Position numbers and translations under genes: made by a program. DNA of 20,220 nucleotides from Oscillospiraceae bacterium (GTDB lineage Bacteria > Bacillota > Clostridia > Oscillospirales > Oscillospiraceae), in assembly GCA_022779345.1 (NCBI GenBank), contig JALFTG010000094.1, forward strand, positions 1 to 20,220, given 5' to 3'. Below are positions 14,622-20,220 of the stretch, one piece after another (the stretch's first letter is position 1; each line of letters begins with the position of its first letter). The notes under the pieces were generated by a model that had not been told where the DNA came from, did not search any database, and saw nothing but the letters and a program-made list of their open reading frames with translations.

Positions 14622-15494
14622 ATGGAATTCATTATCATCTCCGGATTGTCCGGAGCGGGAAAGAGCCGGGCGGCGGCAGCGCTGGAGGACATGGGCGTGT
14701 ACTGTGTGGACAATATGCCCGTGGCCCTGCTGCCCCAGCTGGCAGATATTTTTCTGAATATGCAGGACCGGTACACCCGGGTGGCGCTGGTGACGGACAT
14801 CCGGGCCTGGGGCGACGCCAATGAGCTGCTGTTTGCCCTGGATGAGCTGCGCAGCCAGGGCATCGCCTACCGGATTTTGTTCCTTTACGCGGATATGCCC
14901 ACGCTGATCAAGCGGTATAAGGAGACCCGCAGGCGGCACCCGTTGGAGACGGGCACCGTGTCCCTGGAGGCGGCCATCCGCCGGGAGACGGGGATTCTGG
15001 AGCCTATCCGCCGGCAGGCGGAGGATGTGATCAACACCACGAACATGACGCTGGGCCAGCTGAAAAACCGGATTGAGGACATTTTCGGCTCAGAGGTGGC
15101 CCGCCGGGGCATCGGCGTGAATGTGATCTCCTTCGGGTTCAAATACGGCGTGCCCATCGAGGCGGATATGGTGTTTGATGTGCGCTTTCTGCCCAATCCC
15201 TATTACATAGAGGAGCTGCGCCACAAGACGGGCCTGGACGATCCCGTGTACGACTATGTGTTCCGGGACGGGACGGCGGCGGAATTTCTGGACAAGCTGC
15301 TGGAGATGCTGCTGTTTTTGCTGCCGCTGTATGAGAAGGAGGGAAAGTATTCCCTCACCGTGGGCATCGGCTGCACCGGCGGCCAGCACCGGAGCGTGTC
15401 CATCGCCCGGGCCCTGGCCGAGCATCTGAAGCAGCGGGACATCCCCGTACGCATCGAGCACAGAAATATCGACGGGGACACGAAAGTAAGATAA
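14622..15494 (+). CDS. rapZ: RNase adapter / nucleotide-binding protein RapZ (YvcJ family)
   Basis: 290 aa. It contains MEFIIISGLSGAGKS (P-loop), VDNMP, the FGFKYG...D.VFDVRFLPNPY motif and GCTGGQHRSV. Confidence 0.92.
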   Translation: MEFIIISGLSGAGKSRAAAALEDMGVYCVDNMPVALLPQLADIFLNMQDRYTRVALVTDIRAWGDANELLFALDELRSQGIAYRILFLYADMPTLIKRYKETRRRHPLETGTVSLEAAIRRETGILEPIRRQAEDVINTTNMTLGQLKNRIEDIFGSEVARRGIGVNVISFGFKYGVPIEADMVFDVRFLPNPYYIEELRHKTGLDDPVYDYVFRDGTAAEFLDKLLEMLLFLLPLYEKEGKYSLTVGIGCTGGQHRSVSIARALAEHLKQRDIPVRIEHRNIDGDTKVR

Positions 15495-15532
15495 ACAGAT
15501 TGTCTGCAAAAGACCGACTGCAATTTTGATTT

Positions 15533-15639
15533 CTGTCATTGCGAGGAGCGAAGCGACGTGGCAATCCGTTCTTCTTTTCAAAGACACAAAGAGAATGCGG
15601 ATTCCCACGTCGGGGCTGCGCCCCTCCTCGGAATGACAG
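15533..15639 (+). repeat. 107-nt nested-hairpin intergenic repeat, copy B
   Basis: Same orientation, same length and the same four conserved blocks as copy A (4669..4775). It occupies most of the rapZ-whiA spacer. Confidence 0.85.
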
Positions 15640-15672
15640 TCGATTTTGCGAACGCTGCGAGGCTTTTTCAAT

Positions 15673-16581
15673 ATGTCATTTTCATCAGAAGTCAAAACGG
15701 AATTATGCGCCGCGGCGGTGCATGACAAGGCCTGCGCCGTGGCGGAGTGCTATGGGGTGCTGCTGTACTGCAATACCTTCACCGCCCGGGAAATCCGGAT
15801 CGTCACCGCCGGGCGGGACTTTGCCCAGCGGCTGCCCCGGCTGCTGAAGCGGGCCTTCGGTGTGGAATTTGACCGGATCATCGAGGGCGGGGAGAAGAGC
15901 AAGTATATCCTCACCGTCACGGACCGGGACAAAATCCGGAAGATCTTTGACGCCTTCGGCGCCGACGCGGACAACACCCCGGTGCTCCATGTGAACCTGG
16001 GCGTGCTGGAGGACCCGGGCTGCCGGACAGCCTTCCTCCGGGGGGCGTTCCTGGCCGGCGGCAGCGTCACGGACCCGGACAAGCGGTTCCATCTGGAACT
16101 GGTGACCAGCCATTTCAGCGTCAGCCGGGAGTGCTACACCCTGCTGCTGGAGCTGGGGTTCACCCCCCGGGAGACGGTCCGGAGCGGGAACCAGGTGATC
16201 TATTTCAAGCAGGCCGACGCCATCGCCGAGCTGCTCACCACCCTGGGGGCCTCCAAAGCCGGGATGGATGTGGTGTCCGCCAAGATCGGCAAATCCATGA
16301 GCAACTCCGTGAACCGGAAGCTGAACTGCGACTTCGCCAACGCGGACAAGGTGGTGGCGGCGGCCCAGGAACAGCTGAACGCCATCAAAAAGGTGGACCG
16401 GGAGATCGGCATTCCCAACCTGCCGGAGGGCCTGCAGCAGGCGGCGTTCCTGCGGATCGCCAACCCGGACATGAGTCTGGCGGACCTGGCTCTGCTGTCC
16501 GATCCCCCGGTGACGAAAAGCTGCCTGAACCACCGGCTGAAAAAGCTGGTAGAAATGGCGAAGCAGATTTCATTCAATTAG
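15673..16581 (+). CDS. whiA: Sporulation/cell-division transcription regulator WhiA (YvcL family)
   Basis: It starts MSFSSEVKTELC, the typical WhiA N-terminus, followed by FLRGAFLAGGSV (degenerate LAGLIDADG) and a C-terminal HTH (LADLALL...KSCLNHRLKKL). I preferred ATG 15673 to the track's TTG 15646. Confidence 0.92.
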   Translation: MSFSSEVKTELCAAAVHDKACAVAECYGVLLYCNTFTAREIRIVTAGRDFAQRLPRLLKRAFGVEFDRIIEGGEKSKYILTVTDRDKIRKIFDAFGADADNTPVLHVNLGVLEDPGCRTAFLRGAFLAGGSVTDPDKRFHLELVTSHFSVSRECYTLLLELGFTPRETVRSGNQVIYFKQADAIAELLTTLGASKAGMDVVSAKIGKSMSNSVNRKLNCDFANADKVVAAAQEQLNAIKKVDREIGIPNLPEGLQQAAFLRIANPDMSLADLALLSDPPVTKSCLNHRLKKLVEMAKQISFN

Positions 16582-16588
16582 GAATTAG

Positions 16589-16700
16589 CCGCCTGTCTTC
16601 GCACCGGTTCAGAACCACAGGGGCGGGCGCACACATAGGTGCGCCCCTACCGGTCTATATCAGAACAACGGGTAGGGGCCGACCTGTGTGTCGGCCCGAT
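16589..16700 (+). repeat. Twin GC-rich hairpin element in the whiA-dnaE spacer
   Basis: GGGCGCAC acatag GTGCGCCC at 16625-16646, and GGGCCGAC ctgtgt GTCGGCCC at 16676-16697. Both have 8-bp stems and 6-nt loops. They are bridged by CCCCTACCG ... CGGGTAGGGG, which are complementary to each other. Confidence 0.6.
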
Positions 16701-16731
16701 AGCTTCGCATATTTGATAAGAGGAACACAAC

Positions 16732-19700
16732 ATGGCATTCACCCATTTACATACACACAGTGAATATTCCCTGCTGGACGGCGCCTGCCGGATCGGGGAG
16801 GTGGTGGCCCGGGCGAAAGAGCTGGGGCAGACTTCCCTTGCCATCACGGACCACGGCGTCATGTACGGCGCGGTGGCCTTTTTCAAGGAGTGTCAGGCCC
16901 AGGGCGTCCACCCTATCATCGGGTGCGAGGTGTATGTGGCCCCCCGGAACATGAGCGACCGGGTCTACGGCGTGGACAATGAGTACACCCACCTGATCCT
17001 TCTGTGCAAAAACGAGACGGGATATCACAACCTGTGCTACATTGTGAGCATGGCCTTCACCGAGGGCTTTTATGTGAAGCCCCGCACCGACTGGAAAACC
17101 CTGTCTGAGCACGCGGAGGGCCTTGTGTGCCTGTCCGGCTGTCTGGCGGGGGACATCCCCCGGAACATCGTCCGGGGCGACTATAAAAAGGCGAAGGAGC
17201 GGGCGCTGTGGCTGCGGGATGTGTTCGGGGAGGACAGCTTCTATCTGGAACTCCAGGACCACGGCATCCCCGATGAGCGGAAGGCCGCCCAGGGCATCCT
17301 CCGCATCCATCAGGAGACGGGCATCCCCATCGTGGTCACCAATGACGCCCACTATACGAAGAAAGAGGACTGGTACTGTCAGGATGTCCTCCTGTGCGTC
17401 CAGACGGGCAAGACCGTGAATGACGCCGACCGGATGCGTATGGGCACTCAGGAGCTGTATCTGAAGTCCGAGGAGGAGATGCGCGCTCTGTTCCCGGACT
17501 ATCCCGAGGCCATTGAGAACACCCAGCGCATCGCGGAGATGTGCCGGTTCGAATTCGAGTTCGGCCACTATCACCTGCCCCGGTTCCCCCTGCCCGAGGG
17601 GGAGACGGACGCCCGGGAATATCTGGGCAAGCTGTGCGACGCGGGCTTTGCCCGGCGGTACGGCGGGGACCGGCCGGAAGTGCGCCAGCAGCTGAACTAT
17701 GAGCTGGACATGATCACCCGCATGGGCTTCGTGGACTACTTCCTCATCGTCCAGGACTACATCAACTGGGCCAAGTCCCAGGAGATCCCCGTGGGCCCCG
17801 GCCGCGGCAGCGCGGCGGGGAGCGTGGTGTCCTACTGCCTGGGCATCACGGATGTGGACCCCATCAAATACAACCTCTATTTCGAACGCTTCCTGAACCC
17901 GGAACGGGTGTCCATGCCGGATATCGATGTGGACTTCTGCGTGAACCGCCGGGGAGAAGTGATCGACTATGTGAACCGGAAATACGGCAATGACCATGTG
18001 GCCCAGATCGTCACCTTCGGCACCATGGCGGCCAAGGCCGCCGTGCGGGATGTGGGCCGGGTGCTGGATGTGAGCTACGGGGAGACGGACGCGGTGTCCA
18101 AGGCCATCCCCACGGCCCTGAACATGACCATCGACGAGGCCCTGCAGATCTCCAAGCCCCTGCGGGAGCTGTATAACGGGGATGAGAAGATCAAAAATCT
18201 GGTGGACACCGCCCGGAAGCTGGAGGGAATGCCCCGGCACGCTTCCACCCACGCCGCCGGTGTGGTCATCACGGAAAAGCCGGTGTACGAGTATGTGCCC
18301 CTGGCGAAAAACGATGAGTCCGTGGTGTGCCAGTACCCCATGACCACGCTGGAGGAGCTGGGTCTGCTGAAAATGGACTTTCTGGGTCTGCGGAACCTGA
18401 CGATCCTGGACGACGCGGTAAAAATGGTGCGCCAGACCCGGCCGGATTTCTCCATCGAATCTGTCCCGGACGATGACCCGGCGGTGTTTGAGATGCTGTC
18501 CGCCGGCAAGACTTCCGGCGTGTTCCAGCTGGAGAGCACGGGCATGACCGGCGTGTGCGTGGGCCTGAAGCCCAAAAGTATCGAGGACATCTGCGCTATC
18601 ATCGCCCTGTACCGCCCCGGCCCCATGGACTCCATCCCCCGGTTCCTCCAGTGCAGCGCCCATCCGGAACAGGTGCAGTACCTGCACCCCAGCCTGAAGC
18701 CCATTCTGGAGGTCACCTACGGGTGCATCGTGTATCAGGAGCAGGTCATCCAGATCTTCCAGCAGCTGGCGGGCTTCTCCCTGGGGCAGGCGGACATGAT
18801 CCGCCGGGCCATGTCCAAGAAGAAGGAAAAGGAGATCAAAAAGGAGCGGGAGGCCTTCATCCACGGGGACCCGGACCGGAACATCCCCGGCTGTGTGGCA
18901 AACGGTGTGCCGGAGGATGTGGCCAACGCCATCTATGACCAGATTCTGGACTTCGCCAGCTACGCCTTCAACAAGGCCCACTCCGTCAGCTACGCCATCG
19001 TGGCCTACCGGACGGCCTATATGAAGTGCCACTATCCCCAGCAGTACATGGCCGCCCTGCTCACCTCCGTGCTGGACAATACCACCAAGGTGGCGGAGTA
19101 TATCGGCGAGTGCAGGGAGATGGGCATCCGCCTGCTGCCCCCGGATGTGAACCGGTCCAGCGCCAACTTCACCGTGGAGGGGAAGGACATCCGCTTCGGC
19201 CTGGTGGCCATCAAGAACATCGGCTGGGGCATGATCGAGCAGGTGGTGGCGGAGCGGGAGGCCAACGGGCCTTTCCGGAATTTTGACGATTTCTGCTCCC
19301 GGATGAGCTCCCGGGATCTGAACAAGCGGGCAGTGGAGAGCCTGATCCGTGCCGGCGCCTTTGACAGTCTGGGCGCCAGGCGGAAGCAGCTGCTCATGAT
19401 CTGCCCGGCGGTGGTGGAGGACGCCCTGTCTGCCAGCCGCAGCAATATCGAGGGCCAGCTGGACCTGTTCGGCGGGTTCGGGGACGATGTGGGCGGCACC
19501 GAAGCCGTGACCCACACCCTGCCGGATGTGCCGGAATTCTCCCGGCAGGAGCTGATGGCCATGGAGCGGGAGACCACGGGGTTGTACCTGTCCGGTCACC
19601 CCATGGACGATTACCGGGAGAATGTGCGGAAGGTGGGCGCCGTGCCCATCGGGTCGATTCTCACCGATTTTCAGGAGGAGGAAGGCCCCCGGCGGTTCGC

Positions 19701-20220
19701 CGACGGCCAGAGCGTGGTGGTGGCGGGCATCGTGTCCTCCAGCAAGACCCGCACCACGAAAAACAACACCCTCATGTCCTATATCCAACTGGAAGATGAT
19801 ACCGGTTCCATGGAGCTGATCGCCTTCCAGCGGGCGCTGGATGCCGGCGGCGGTTATGTCCACGACAATGCGGCCCTGATCATCCGGGGCAAGCTCTCCG
19901 TCCGGGACGAAAAGGAACCCCAGATCATGGTGGATTCCATCCGCCCCATCAGCGACACCGCCCCCCTGGAACCGGAACCCCGGGGCAAGCGGCGGCGGAA
20001 GCTGTATGTGAAGGTGCGCAGCACCGATGAGCAGATGCGCCGCCGGGTGGAACTGCTGCTGACCATGTTCCCGGGAGACGAGCAGCTGATTCTGTATTTC
20101 GAGGACACCGGCAAAAAGCTGGCCGCCCCCTGCGTGGTCCACGATGCCCTGGTGGAGGAGCTGACGGAGCTGCTGGGCGAAGACTGTGTGGTGGTGAAGG
20201 AATTAGGAATTAGAAATTAG
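16732..20220 (+). CDS. dnaE: DNA polymerase III alpha subunit, DnaE type
   Basis: 1162 aa. N-terminal PHP domain (FTHLHTHSEYSLLDG, ITDHGVMYG), polymerase core (PGRGSAAGS, MPDIDVDF, FGTM, KMDFLGLRNLT, YRPGP) and a C-terminal OB region. No PolC-type exonuclease insert. AGAGGA SD. The TAG stop is the last triplet of the window. Confidence 0.95.
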   Translation: MAFTHLHTHSEYSLLDGACRIGEVVARAKELGQTSLAITDHGVMYGAVAFFKECQAQGVHPIIGCEVYVAPRNMSDRVYGVDNEYTHLILLCKNETGYHNLCYIVSMAFTEGFYVKPRTDWKTLSEHAEGLVCLSGCLAGDIPRNIVRGDYKKAKERALWLRDVFGEDSFYLELQDHGIPDERKAAQGILRIHQETGIPIVVTNDAHYTKKEDWYCQDVLLCVQTGKTVNDADRMRMGTQELYLKSEEEMRALFPDYPEAIENTQRIAEMCRFEFEFGHYHLPRFPLPEGETDAREYLGKLCDAGFARRYGGDRPEVRQQLNYELDMITRMGFVDYFLIVQDYINWAKSQEIPVGPGRGSAAGSVVSYCLGITDVDPIKYNLYFERFLNPERVSMPDIDVDFCVNRRGEVIDYVNRKYGNDHVAQIVTFGTMAAKAAVRDVGRVLDVSYGETDAVSKAIPTALNMTIDEALQISKPLRELYNGDEKIKNLVDTARKLEGMPRHASTHAAGVVITEKPVYEYVPLAKNDESVVCQYPMTTLEELGLLKMDFLGLRNLTILDDAVKMVRQTRPDFSIESVPDDDPAVFEMLSAGKTSGVFQLESTGMTGVCVGLKPKSIEDICAIIALYRPGPMDSIPRFLQCSAHPEQVQYLHPSLKPILEVTYGCIVYQEQVIQIFQQLAGFSLGQADMIRRAMSKKKEKEIKKEREAFIHGDPDRNIPGCVANGVPEDVANAIYDQILDFASYAFNKAHSVSYAIVAYRTAYMKCHYPQQYMAALLTSVLDNTTKVAEYIGECREMGIRLLPPDVNRSSANFTVEGKDIRFGLVAIKNIGWGMIEQVVAEREANGPFRNFDDFCSRMSSRDLNKRAVESLIRAGAFDSLGARRKQLLMICPAVVEDALSASRSNIEGQLDLFGGFGDDVGGTEAVTHTLPDVPEFSRQELMAMERETTGLYLSGHPMDDYRENVRKVGAVPIGSILTDFQEEEGPRRFADGQSVVVAGIVSSSKTRTTKNNTLMSYIQLEDDTGSMELIAFQRALDAGGGYVHDNAALIIRGKLSVRDEKEPQIMVDSIRPISDTAPLEPEPRGKRRRKLYVKVRSTDEQMRRRVELLLTMFPGDEQLILYFEDTGKKLAAPCVVHDALVEELTELLGEDCVVVKELGIRN
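20200..20220 (+). repeat. Three tandem RAATTAG heptads forming the last codons and the stop of dnaE
   Basis: GAATTAG at 20200-20206, GAATTAG at 20207-20213 and AAATTAG at 20214-20220. Related tracts occur at 16575-16588 (CAATTAG GAATTAG, containing the whiA stop) and at 12078-12099 (degenerate). Confidence 0.6.

Noticed and set aside
12693-14939. Minus-strand ORFs of 340, 468 and 120 aa, and 15090..15728 (212 aa) and 15703..16533 (276 aa)
   Set aside because: They are antisense to hprK, murB, rapZ and whiA respectively. They show no motifs and have shadow-frame composition.
4669-15639. The two 107-nt repeats as a CRISPR array or as the inverted ends of a composite transposon
   Set aside because: The copies are about 10.8 kb apart, in direct orientation, and flank only housekeeping genes. 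There is no repeat-spacer periodicity, and no cas, transposase or integrase gene is present.
16747-20142. 1131-aa minus-strand ORF
   Set aside because: It is antisense to dnaE (PHP and polymerase motifs present in the plus frame) and has shadow-frame composition.

Overview
This is a GC-rich chromosomal segment of Firmicutes/Clostridia type. The lineage guess (Oscillospiraceae-like) rests only on gene content, codon bias and repeat families. Most of the window is housekeeping. On the minus strand: a partial flavodiiron protein gene (1..645), rpmE, the addB-addA helicase-nuclease pair (8-nt overlap), and rpmB. On the plus strand: an 849-aa TetM/EF-G-like translational GTPase carrying a C-terminal YacP/Rae1-type NYN nuclease domain, a spo0A homologue, then the co-directional block hprK-murB-rapZ-whiA-dnaE. 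Because third codon positions are GC-rich, every real gene has a long antisense or out-of-frame shadow ORF in the track; I rejected all of these.

Items worth a second look:
1. The GTPase-NYN fusion, a possible ribosome-targeted nuclease.
2. A Spo0A whose receiver domain has Glu at the phospho-acceptor position and a disrupted acidic pocket, while its DNA-binding helices are canonical.
3. Helically phased 0A-box-like motifs upstream of spo0A, and a tandem pair just after its terminator.
4. Two copies of a 107-nt nested-hairpin repeat. The conserved arms are identical, and the variable modules differ in sequence but stay self-complementary.
5. A roughly 235-bp hairpin mosaic between rpmB and addB.
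6. A twin-hairpin element between whiA and dnaE.
7. RAATTAG heptad tracts that supply the stop codons of whiA and dnaE.
8. Absence of yvcK from the normally conserved rapZ-yvcK-whiA triad.

I saw no rRNA, tRNA, CRISPR array, transposase or integrase.
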